From Haplodiscus bocki (taxonomy: Eukaryota), in NCBI GenBank assembly GCA_965655095.1, contig OZ296654.1, positions 57,288,001 to 57,352,000 of the forward strand: 64,000 nucleotides of DNA, in the 5' to 3' direction. The notes under the pieces were generated by a model. The model was not told the DNA's origin. It searched no databases and worked only from the letters and a program-made list of their open reading frames with translations. The position numbers and the translations under genes were made by a program. The stretch's first letter is position 1; every line of letters begins with the position of its first letter. Below, one piece after another: positions 26,600 to 37,690 of the stretch.

Positions 26600-26820
26600 A
26601 AGCAAAACTCTTGATAAATGACCATTTTCACAAGGATATGAATCAGCTAAAATTGACCATAAGAAACAATTTTTATCAAACTTTGCTATATTTAAGATAG
26701 CGTTTGATGGTAAAGGAATTTTCACATAACGCGAACCTTTTAATTCAACACTTTTACAAAATCCTATTCTAATTGAATTAGTTTTGTCAAATATCCAACT
26801 TGAATTTTTTCTAATCTTCT
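26600..26820 (-). pseudogene. pPolB N-terminal region fragment
   Basis: ORF 26321..26725 begins 'KIPLPSNAILNIAKFDKNCFLWSILA..PCENGHLSRV', a motif typical of Polinton pPolB N-terminal regions. Confidence 0.65.
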
Positions 26821-26899
26821 CTCTAAATCATGGTCTGAGACCATTAAAGGAGCAGAAGGAAATAATCTTTCTGTTTTTTTGCTCCATTTATATGGCAAA

Positions 26900-27300
26900 A
26901 ACTTAGACAAAATAACCAAGGTAAAGATCCTTACCAGTATGGTAAAAAATCAAAACTTCAAGTAATTTCGATAAAACTGATTTAGGGTTTGTACTGGCCG
27001 CTGCAGTAGTAATGTTTGCTGTAACATCTAAAGCTCTTGTTGGGTTGGTTAAAACGTTTTTGCCATTTTTTTGACAAATTTTATCTTTTTTTTCCTACTT
27101 TCTTAGGAAATCACCTAAGCCTTCAGCCGGTATTGTGTGATCACTACTAACTGTCATAGATTTTTTTCTAATACAAATTGAACAATAACCAATTATTACT
27201 TTACTACTTTCACCTGTTATATCACCGTAAATGTTTTTTTGTAGCAGATCGATGTCTTCCACCAACACAATAAGAATCCTTTTTAAATACTTTAAAGTTT
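26900..27300 (-). pseudogene. Small Cys/His Zn-binding plus amphipathic protein
   Basis: 'SYCVGGRHRSATKNI..IGYCSICIRKKSMTVS..AEGLGDFLRKVG..NVLTNPTRALDVTANITTAA'. Confidence 0.6.
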
Positions 27301-27310
27301 GTTTTAAAGT

Positions 27311-28380
27311 TTAGATTCTCATCATTTGTAATGCAAAATTGATCGTTTCTCCATTGAAATCAACTTCTTCGTGACTATCATCTTCTAAGTAAAAAGTTAT
27401 AGTATCCAAAACAAATTTTTTTAGTTTTTTATAACGAATTGTTTCAGGCTCGCAAAATACTTTGCATACAGCTGGTTTATCTGAAATGAAACTCAAAAGT
27501 ACTGCTTGTCTTGAACCACCCACTATAGATCCATCGATAACATCACATTCAAAGTGGATTTTATTTATTGTACATAATTATGAAATTTATCACTAGTATA
27601 TACAGCAGGGCTATCAGCATGAATGGCATTAGTGGTTGTATAATCACAAAATGGTGTAAAAATCATTGAAGTATTGAAAAAAAATTTCAAAAAATTTTAA
27701 CGTTCCAAACGTTCCACCAAAACGAGTCAAAATGAGTTTTGTCTTCCTGCCAATATCATCATATTCAATTTTCAAAGTCCCTTCATGATCACCCGTTGTG
27801 TAAACAACTTTTGAAATATCTTTAATTGGGTAAATTCTAGCTTTTAATTCTTAAGTGACAAATTGTGGCAAAGATTGTTTTAAAATCAATTGAATATCAT
27901 CTTCATCTAAACCAACTACAATTCTAAGATAACTTTCAAAATTCCGAATTGGAGCTCCAGTAATAACCCAATAAAAATAAAGTATAGCCGCTATCAGTGC
28001 TTGACTTTTCTCAGCTTTTAATAATATAGGTTTGAAAAAAAGGTGGTCCTATTACTTCATGTTGTAAATGAAATACTAGGGAATACCTCACTTCATCTTC
28101 TAATTCTTCAAATGAACCTCATCAAAATTCTCCATATAAAGTTTGAATTTGTAACTCAGCGGTTTTATATTAAAAATAAAAATATATACTTCTAAACTTA
28201 TAAATCCCATCATCCAAGGTACTTTAATTAAGATTGGTGGTTTAAACCAAACTATTTCTCTTGGCTTAGTATGTTTAAATCAAAATTTTTCCTCTGCTTT
28301 TTTATGAGTTTGTTTAATAAGCGTTTCACAATTTTTCAGTAGTGGACATTAGTCAATCTTCTGTTTCGTTTTTATGTTGA
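27311..28380 (-). pseudogene. Minor capsid (penton) protein, paralog 2
   Basis: ORF 27311..27523 'RQAVLLSFISDKP..EPETIRYKKL..ITFYLEDDSHEEVDFNGETINFALQ' fits the Polinton penton C-terminal motif. Confidence 0.75.
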
Positions 28381-28404
28381 ATCCTTTTAAGGTTCAATCA
28401 ATTC

Positions 28405-29470
28405 TTAAATTTTAATTAGTTGGCAAAGAAATGTTATCGTTTCTCCATTAAATTCAAACAGTTTGTGATCATCGTCTTCTAGATTAAATGTTATATGAGA
28501 AAGAACAGGTTTATTTACCTTTCTTAAAAGTTTGGTTCGAGGTTTTTTTTTTATTTTTAGGGCCGGGAGGTGAAGCGAGGCGAAATTGAACAAAATAGCC
28601 TGTCTATCGCCGTTTACTACGCTGCCATCAATAGCATTCCATTTTGTATGAATTTTATTAATTCCAGTAATGTTATTGAGTTTATTGCTTTTGTATTTAC
28701 TTGGTATCAATTGAATGAAACCTTCAATTTCACCTAAATCTCCCGAATGTGATTCAAGAAAACCTAAAGTTGTTTAAAAAAAAGTTTTTTATTAAATATT
28801 AAAGTTTGATTGATAATTAAATTGGATTTTAATCTTATATCATCAATTGTGATACTTACTTTCACGTTATTGGGTAAAATATTTTTTAGTGTTTTGTTTA
28901 TTTTGCTCATCTCAAAAATGCCTGGTTGCAGTGAAAAACCTATCCTTTTTGAGGGATTATTTTATGTCTAAAATATCTATAAATTCATCATATGTTAGTT
29001 GCATTCTATATACCATATCTTCAAATTCATTGTATTTTGCATTTTTTAATTCTTCGAGTATTTCATTTTTAAGAGTATCAAGACTGGATAAAGAAGAGTC
29101 TTTTATTAAATTTTTCCCTTTCTTTCTAACTTGTTCAACGTGTAATTCAATATCATTTCGAGACCTAAGCTTCAATAATTTAAGTAGTTCATCAATAGTT
29201 TTTTGGCTGATTTAGATTTCCATTGACCTGGTATAGTAATTGAAAAACTGCTGTTTTCGTTAGTTCTATTAAAAACACAATTGGTTGCCTCAACACTCGT
29301 TACTGCTAATAGCCATTTTTCTGAAGAAATGTTTATTGGGGGAGAAAACGAACAAGTTTCCATTTTTTTATTCATTTTAAGTTCAAGCGTTTCATGTGGT
29401 TTCTTCTTTGTTCGTTAAATAAGTGTATCAGTATGTTTTTTATCTAAAAGTAACAATTCATTATCCATTT
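28405..29470 (-). pseudogene. Minor capsid (penton) protein, paralog 1
   Basis: ORF 28405..28710 'IDGSVVNGDRQAILFNF..ITFNLEDDDHKLFEFNGETITF'; N-terminal pieces in ORFs 28957..29175 and 29172..29375. Confidence 0.75.
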
Positions 29471-29689
29471 GAAGAGTTTAATTTCTCCTGTTATATTTTT
29501 AATTTTTTTTTATTTTGTGACATTTTTTGTTGCTTAGGGTTTGAAACCGTCTTCGGTTTGAGATCATGAGAACTTTCACTTGGTGACTTCTTCCTAGAAG
29601 GGATATACTTTTCACTGTTATCAATAGTTATTTTTCGTAATGTCATTTAATTTAAAGAAAACGACAATGTTGTTGCATCATTTGATAGT

Positions 29690-30090
29690 TTAAATTCAAA
29701 ACAGCAGATTTAAAATTTCTTCCATCAACTTTTATCAAGTAAATTATATATAAACAATCAGTGTTACAATAAAAATATTTCTCACTTGTCAATCGTTGTA
29801 TTTTGTTTTCTGAAAACAAAAAATGTTCATTGCGTTTTATATTAAAGCTAGATAAATTTTGAGGAGGGGCACAACCACTTTAATAAAAAAAACATTGTTT
29901 GTGTATGCAACTCTATGCGTCCCTCTCGGTTCATGCAAATTAACAATTCCTACATCACTTGAAAGTGATCCATCTCCTAAATATATATCAACATTGTCTA
30001 ATCCAATTGAAAAAAGTATTTGATAAAATTTTATATATGCTTTATTTTTCATTTAATTTTTAAGAACAAAATCATTGAATGACATCATAT
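29690..30090 (-). pseudogene. Adenain-like cysteine protease
   Basis: ORF 29837..30052 'GIVNLHEPRGTHRVAY', then 'GCAPP' and 'KIQ...FYCNTDCLY' after a frameshift. Confidence 0.8.
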
Positions 30091-30099
30091 ACTTTTATC

Positions 30100-31040
30100 T
30101 AAATCCGGTCTTCTTCTTCTGAACAAAAATTCTTTTATTACGTCATCTGCAGTTTTATAAATATCAAATAGACCCTTATCATAAAGTAATTGTATAGTTG
30201 TTTTAACTGCTCTTTGAATTAGGACCTCTTCTATAGACTGTTTGTCGCTAAGTAATTTGAGTTCAATAAAAATCTTTTTCTAATGGTGATATGTGACCAT
30301 TTTTTTAAAATTCCTCGTGTAGATAAGCTTTGTTTATAACATCTTCAATTTTAACATAACTATCATGTACTTCGAGTTTTAATTGGTTAATGTTTACAAT
30401 TTGTACTTTTTGTTTTTAGAGACAATAATATGGAATTCTGATTACAACAAGTTAAAATAACCTATATAAGCCATTTTTTAACAAGGTAAAAAAAGATAAA
30501 CAATTAGAAAAATGATATGAAGTTTATTCGATAAACAACTCAAACAACTCTTTATCAAAGCAAAACTTTTATTTAAAAATTTTTGTTTTTTTTTTGTTTT
30601 TTTAATGATTTCATGAATATTAAGCGAATTTATTAATCTGTCCATAATTTTATCACCTTTTTGTTCAAATGAGATTTTGTTCAATCTTTTTCAATTCTAT
30701 TCATCTCCTCAATAACTTTACAATCAGGTAATCCTATTTTATTTTCTAAAGGTTCTATTTTATTATCTTTCTGTTCTATTTCTATATCCATATCTTCTAT
30801 AGTATCTCCCATTATGTATATTGCTTGTTCAAAGACTTTACTTTGGATTAATCGATTCTGACGTGCTTTCAATTGTGTTGCATCTGATTCTTTATTGTAT
30901 TTTTCAATGGTTTGTGAAATGTCATTTTGTACTTTAGAATCATTTTTTATGATTTCTTTAAACTCAGCCTTTTAATTCGATAAAAAAGCTTGTTCTATAA
31001 GAGTTTTTTCTTGAATAGCTTCATCATCATTTGAATCCCA
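30100..31040 (-). pseudogene. Accessory Polinton ORFs (coiled-coil; 'VINKAYL' motif protein)
   Basis: ORF 30681..30872 and 'KQSIEEVLIQRAVKTTIQLLYDKGLFD'; homologs lie in the same order at about 42550-43260. Confidence 0.5.
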
Positions 31041-31049
31041 ACCTCTTAA

Positions 31050-31411
31050 ATTGATTTTTGTCTTCACTTCTTTACTATTTTCATTTGTGTTTTTTGAGGT
31101 CATTTTGAGGTCATTCGATGTCATTTGGAGCTCATGCTCAATATGGTTCGAAGTCTTTCGTTTTTTTTTTAAACGTTTGACGATGGTGGTATTCTATAGG
31201 GCCAAAGCATTATTATTTTTCTTCTATAAAGTTGTAAGATAGAAGATGATATTTTCCAATCTCTAGCTATTTCAGATTGTTTTAATTTTGGGTTGTTGGA
31301 CTTGTCTTCCATGAATTTAGCCATCTTATCCAATTTATGTTGCCTCGTTATCAAATCAACGTTGAGATCCCCGGTTTTTGCTAATTGTTCTAAAGAAAAA
31401 GTGTCAATCAT
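31050..31411 (-). pseudogene. Helix-turn-helix protein
   Basis: ORF 31169..31411 'LKQSEIARDWKISSSILQLYRR' fits an HTH pattern; homolog at about 42060-42450. Confidence 0.6.
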
Positions 31412-31485
31412 TTAGATGTTTGAATGAGAGAAGAACAAAAATTTAACTATTTCTAAGTTTTTTTTAATGAATGTCTTCTTGGTAA

Positions 31486-31985
31486 ATGGATGTTGTGGTG
31501 TGGTATTGTGATATATGTGATAAAACAATTAATTTTAAAAGTAAATCAAAACATATTAATTCTAATTCTCATAAAGACAAGGAAAAATATGGTGTCATTG
31601 TTAAAGAATATGAATTTATTAGACTAGACATTAATAAGGTAGGTTATATGAATAAAAATTGTGCTAGAGATCGTTGTATTAAATATTTTCACTAATCCAA
31701 TTTTAATTGTGTATATGATATTGAAATGACAAACGGTGAAGATCGTTAATGGAATATTTTCTGATAAAACGTTAAAAAAATTGTCCGAGAAAATGGTCTT
31801 ATATATACACTAATAATAAAAGTTTATAGTAGCCTACGTAATATAAATATATGTTATCATTTCAAATGTCAAATAACAATGTGTCATAGACAATTTTTCA
31901 GAATAATGTCTCAAAATCCTTAATATGTAAAAACTGTTCAAAATGATTTAAATAATCTTTTTTAATTCGCGTTTAGATAATGGAT
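31486..31985 (+). pseudogene. C2H2 (U1/matrin-like) zinc-finger protein
   Basis: ORF 31486..31695 'WYCDICDKTINFKSKSKHINSNSH'; homolog at 52500-53135. Confidence 0.65.
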
Positions 31986-32399
31986 AATTAAGACGACACG
32001 AAGTAGTCAATTGACTATTTGATTCGATAAAAAGTTTCAGCAAATATATGTGATGCTCTAACTGTGGAATTATAAAGGTGAAAGGTCGAAAAAAAATTCA
32101 AATAGTTTTGACTTCTTATGATTTGGTAACTTCGTTTTCTACCAAAACTAGCTTTTTTCTAAATGACTCTCAGTGCAGATTTCCGTGGAATGTCTCCCGA
32201 CAATGAAACCAATGATGCTTTTCTTTGTATGGACTGTTGACGTTTCAAATCTGGTATTACTGCGTCTTTCAGAAGATTTGAGAACAGTAACCTTCAACAA
32301 AAGTATCTGAGAATTTTATTCCAATTAGGTCTCAGTACCAAACTTCTTAATTGTAAAACCTTTGAGACAACCATAGGTCTGGCTTTTTTATATTTCTAT

Positions 32400-35300
32400 C
32401 TGAAACGTCAGTTGGAACGTCGAATAGTTCAATTAGTTTGGTTTTTTTGCCATCTTCAGTGCTTTGGGACATCGAAACGGCCAGTTGACTTTTTCGATGA
32501 GGGCCTAATTGATCTACTCGCCAACCCTAGAAGGTGTTCATCGGTATACAAAATCTTCACTTTTTTTCTTGTTCCTAATCATGTTAAGCCCATGTTCTCA
32601 AGAAGTTCAAATAGTTTGGATTTATGCAAAATCAAGATTCAAGCTTCCTATAAAATCCAGCACATTCTTTTCAGAGAACCTCACTTGGCAATTCTGGAAT
32701 CGTAAAAAAGTCCCAAAAAATGTGTATTTGGTTCGGGTCTAGGAATTGGAATCGTGATTCATGAAAAAAAATCACAAGAAATTTTGATTCGCCAGATGTT
32801 GGCATGTCCCTAAAGCTTTCATTTTAAACAATCTTTTGTATGGATTGCGTTGTATTTTAGTAATAAGATTTCTGGCCAGGATGTGAGGTAACGGTCCTTG
32901 AACTAGAAACTTGGTTGTCATGAAATGTAAAAGGAGATTACTTTTGAGATTTTTCGAGCTTCGGTTTCATTTAAAGAAGAATTTTAGTCTAGAATTCTTC
33001 CATCTGAACCTCTCTTGCATCTCTCAATTCGTAAAGCAAAGTAAAATTTTCTGGAAATACTGGAAAATTTCCAAATAGATATTAAGAGTTTCTGCGATGA
33101 TGAAAACAACCAGCTGAACTTTTCTCATCAATTTCTTATTCAACAACCTTCCGATCGTGAACGTGGTTCCAAAACTCATAGATTGGCTGGTGCTTACAGC
33201 ATCAGAGTTCATATAAAAAATTGCATTAGTTAAGTGTCTTCGCTGCAGTCATACAGTCTTCCTTTCCCCGAAAACCTTTACTTTCATTATAGTCCAACTG
33301 ACTATCAGTTTTACTTGTCTTGAAAATTCTCACTTTTGTTTCTAATTTAGGAGTCGTTATAGATCAAAAATATAAAAAAACAATTGTTTTGATTCGTCAC
33401 AATTTTTAAGATCATGCTGTTGCGAAAATAACAACGAATTTTTTCTAGCTGGGTTGCGAATGCACTTTTTCACTCGTATGACGTGTCGCCACAATAGAGC
33501 CTATAATATTTGTTCATGTTATATATGATGCAGACAGCCATAAACCCATTTTTGTTTGTTATTTCAACGATTGGCATACATGTTTCTCCAGAAAACTTCC
33601 AGCAACCTCTCAATCCAATGGTTCTACCTGTATAAGTTTCCCGAAAAACGTCTCTACGGCTTGCTTCGTTTTTTTGTTAAGCACGATAGATTGAATTGTC
33701 AAATTCTTAATTAGTATTGGCTTTTAACGACATTCTAAAACATCCAACTGAATTTTTCCCCGGAGTCCTGAAGAGCTACTCTCCAATCCTAGGTGGCATT
33801 CAGCAAGCATTTTTTGGTTTTCCAATCTTGCATGCGAGATTTGTTTGGCCAAAAATGTCAGAGGTTAAATTAGTATTGAGTTCTGCGATATTCAACTCAA
33901 CATTCTCCAAATCAACGAGCTCATTTTTACTCAAAAAATGCCGCAATTGGCTACTCTGCAATTGTTGAGTGAGTCATAGAAGGTTTTCGAAATTTTCAGT
34001 TCATTTTTTGACTTGTTTCGTTAATTTTTCATAAAACAGTGTTTTAATTTAGTTTGAGGTTTTCTACTGGCCGTATTTTCTTAATTATTTTTGTTTAAAT
34101 CTCTGTGGCAGCTGTAAAAAAGTTCATTAAAAGTACCTTGAATTTTTGAAAACTGTGAAAAAAGTATTCTCAATGATTTTTTTGGAACTCTTTTTCTTGC
34201 GAAACTGACAACCTGTCTAATCTCTATGTGGGTCTCGAAGTTAGCTTGCAATCCGTGAAAGGTTTCCCGACGAAGTTGCCTGCGAAGTTTTTTTCCTGTA
34301 TGGTTTGATGACGTGTCAAATTGGCTAATCGTGATTCTTTGAGTTTTTGCAGAATCTTCTCTCATTTAGATTTCCTGGTGAATGTTTTCCATCGAAGTCT
34401 CAATGTGCAACTTTCTAATGGCAATGTGTTCCAAAAGGCATTTGTTTTACTTGCACCCTTCTTTCTGAAGCACGATTTGTCGGAAATGTCAAAAGGTAAC
34501 AAAAGAAGTAATGGTCTTTGTTTTGAAAACCTGATTGTTTTAAAAAGAAATACTCAGAATTTTGTTTTCCAGATTTTCAAACTCATTTTGTGCAAAACAA
34601 TTAGCTCTTTATCTTTAATCTAGATTTCAGTGTGAGCATTCAATACGTGAAGGTTACCATAACAATCTTGAAGAACCTGAATATAGCAAAAAGTCAAATA
34701 GCGTTGGTTTTTCGTAGTGTTGAAACACATTCTCCCGAGAACACTCCACCTAATTATTTCCATCAAATTTTATTGACCATCAATCCATACGCAGACCTGG
34801 TTCGGAGAATCTTATCACCGATTCGGTTTATTTCAGGTTTATTTCATCGGAGTTGTGATAGGTCCTAATTGTCACATGTTGAATTGAGCTCCATTTCCGC
34901 GCCATTTTATTCTAATGATTTCCCCTTTTAGGTCAGGCTGTCAATGTTCTACGTGCTTGCGTAATAAACTTTTCCGTTGTTTCTCATGGGATTCCTAATA
35001 GTCCGAGTCCTAGGAACAGTGCACTTAGTATAGAAATTCACGAAGTCTAAAGTCATTTTCCTGCAGACTCACTGACTTGGTTTTTTCAACCTGGTTCTCA
35101 ATAGCAGATACCACTTCGTAAAATGTCGCTCAAAATTTTCTCCTTTTCCCTTGGTTGCATCGGAATCCTACTGAGCCTAAATGTCAAAAAAGGACATTTT
35201 GAAGGTTTAGCTATTTGAACTAATACTTCTTCCAGAACGATCATGTATATTTTCCATAAGGCTATCATCAGACAAAATTCTATCCTTAAGTGAGTCTTTT

Positions 35301-36900
35301 CTTACGTTACAAACTTTTTGCTGTTATTGTCCATGCATCGGTGCCTTGATAGCTCGAAAACATTGACATGCAGATTGGTTATAAGTTTCCTTGATATATG
35401 AGTTCACGTCTCTTGAAAAGCTCCAGCAAGATTAACCAAAGTTTCAACCGAAAGAAATCTAATTTTGGGAAAAATTTCGACAATTGTATCCTGGGTTATC
35501 TCCTTTACCTAGGAATCCCGATTGCCAGAAAGCGCAAAAAAGAGCAAATAATGCTGACTTATTTGCATTTACTTTCTGTTTTCTGCGAATTACCATCTGA
35601 TGATAGTCCAGGAAGGCCTCAATGGACATCTTTCAAATTGCTGAGTGGTACGTGGCAAAAGAAATGGGGTTCGGGATCCTGATGGTTTGAAAGGGTCAAA
35701 ATTGTAACTAGTATAATCAAGTTCTGTTTTCGTCAAAACTTCTGGCTGTATCTTTTTCCTCGAATTTTGCAAAAGTTTTTCTAGAAACGCAAAGCTTAGG
35801 ATTTTGTCTTTGCCTCGGAATCCTACATTGCTAAAACTTCACGAGATGCAGCTTAAACTAATTTTTCTTCATATTCAAGATCAAATTCCTTCAAAACGTA
35901 CGACTTGACATCTGCAACCAAGCTCTTAATCAAATGCATTTCATTCGGGGAAAAGTTTTCAACTGATAGATAGGCTGATATGCTCCATGTATTGAAGTCG
36001 TGATGTGCGAGAAATTCAAATGTAATGAGTCAGAGATTGACTAAAATTTCAAGTAGTATTGACGCTTCTCGGTGTTTCAACTCATTTTTTTCAGTAAATC
36101 TGGTTTCATGTGCACCAATCAAATCTCATTAGACATGAATGGTTTTGTGCACCATTTCTCCGGAAGGATTTACTCATTTTAAGTCATTGTGTTTGAACAT
36201 TAGTTGGCTAAAACAGTCAAATTAGAAATTGTTTTAATCAAAATCCAACCTCCTGATTCTCTAAAATCATTGGTTTTGATTCTTCTTTCAAAGGCTTAGA
36301 ATACAATCTTCTCCAACTCCTAACATAGACAATAGAAATCTCGTTTTTTTTTCCTAGTGCTAGACTCTTAATGGACATAATGTGCCAAAAGGGGGTCAAA
36401 CATTTTCACTTTTCTCAACTATATACTAAGCCCCTCCCATCAGTGTCTCAATCGGCATTTTTCCAACCACAGAAATGTTCCGGGAGATATTGTCTTCGGT
36501 TCCTGTTGACAGAGTCTTGATGGGCGAAAAAAGTTGGAGAAGATTTTTGTCGACGTTCAATCACTCACCTATCCAAAACTACCTGCCTGATTTCCTCCAT
36601 CGACGTATTCTTTCAGTCGAATGTTTTTTTGGAAGTTTCACACACATTCGTGTTCGTTGCATCGTAACTTTGAGCGGCCGAAACTTCCCAAGAGTGCGTT
36701 TAGTCTTGACATTTGGATCTTTCGAGTTAACCTGAATGCTTTACCAGATTTAAATTATCGGTTTTCTTATTTGCTTGGTGAAACTGATTTGCCCAGTGTG
36801 TCAGAAAACGCACAGATTCTGACCTTGCTTGACATTAAAAGTATTTGTGTCCTAACGACACTTATTTGAAATCAATCAACAACGCTTTCATGTAAATTTC
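32400..36900 (-). mobile_element. Heavily decayed Gypsy-like LTR retrotransposon internal region
   Basis: RT-like 'KK..KVQLVVF...LN' (ORF 33024..33212), 'CAGFYRKL..' and an 'FV.TDEH' connection near 32550-32670; integrase-like 'DRILSDDS' and 'QGKGENFER' at about 35130-35290; RNase H-like 'IKTNDFRESGGWIL..HREASIL..AYQP' at about 35850-36290. Confidence 0.55.
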
Positions 36901-37490
36901 TGTTTCACAGACAGTAAATAGTTGAAAACGATATCGGTTCCGTTACTTGAATCTGAAATCTGATGGTCCCAGAGATGTCAGAAAAATATTTCAATACCTT
37001 TTTTTCCTGTGTTTTTTTGAATACGCTCCAAAAAAAGGGTTATAAACTCAACTCAGGTAAACATGAAAGTAAAACTACCGTTTTTACTTGACGCGATTTT
37101 ACAATATCCCAAAGATAGTATCATCAGTCCTGGTATAAAAAATCCTGGTTATATTGGTGGTAGTTTATGATGGCGGTTAAATTTCATGCATTTTTTCATG
37201 TGCAAGTCAAATAATATTATAAAAACATATCACGTCTGAGTTTTAGGAACTCGTGTTGTTCACTGGTTTATATGATCTGATTGTGCCAATACAACAAACA
37301 TGCATTGTATGGTGATGAACTATCTTATGTATTGATTCAGCAAAAAGTAGATTGACTTTGTTTTGACACAGATTTCACTTGAGTACTCAATCATGTCATA
37401 AAGTTGTATTTAATTAGTAACTTTTTTCTCATGTACTTCATAAACAAGTTGCACGTAAGTCTGTCCGAAGTTGACAATAAACGTATTTTA

Positions 37491-37690
37491 NNNNNNNNNN
37501 NNNNNNNNNNNNNNNNNNNNNNNNNNNNNNNNNNNNNNNNNNNNNNNNNNNNNNNNNNNNNNNNNNNNNNNNNNNNNNNNNNNNNNNNNNNNNNNNNNNN
37601 NNNNNNNNNNNNNNNNNNNNNNNNNNNNNNNNNNNNNNNNNNNNNNNNNNNNNNNNNNNNNNNNNNNNNNNNNNNNNNNNNNNNNNNNNN
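37491..37690. other. Assembly gap (200 N)
   Basis: Run of n. Confidence 1.

Larger units (their letters stand above)
16991..26605. repeat. Diverged copy of 5351-13360 with copy-specific indels
   Basis: Colinear blocks: 5351-8130=16991-19780; 8397-10600=19801-22000; 10660-12090=23290-24715; 12091-13360=25343-26605. ORFs 7026..7211 and 18666..18851 are identical. Confidence 0.95.
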
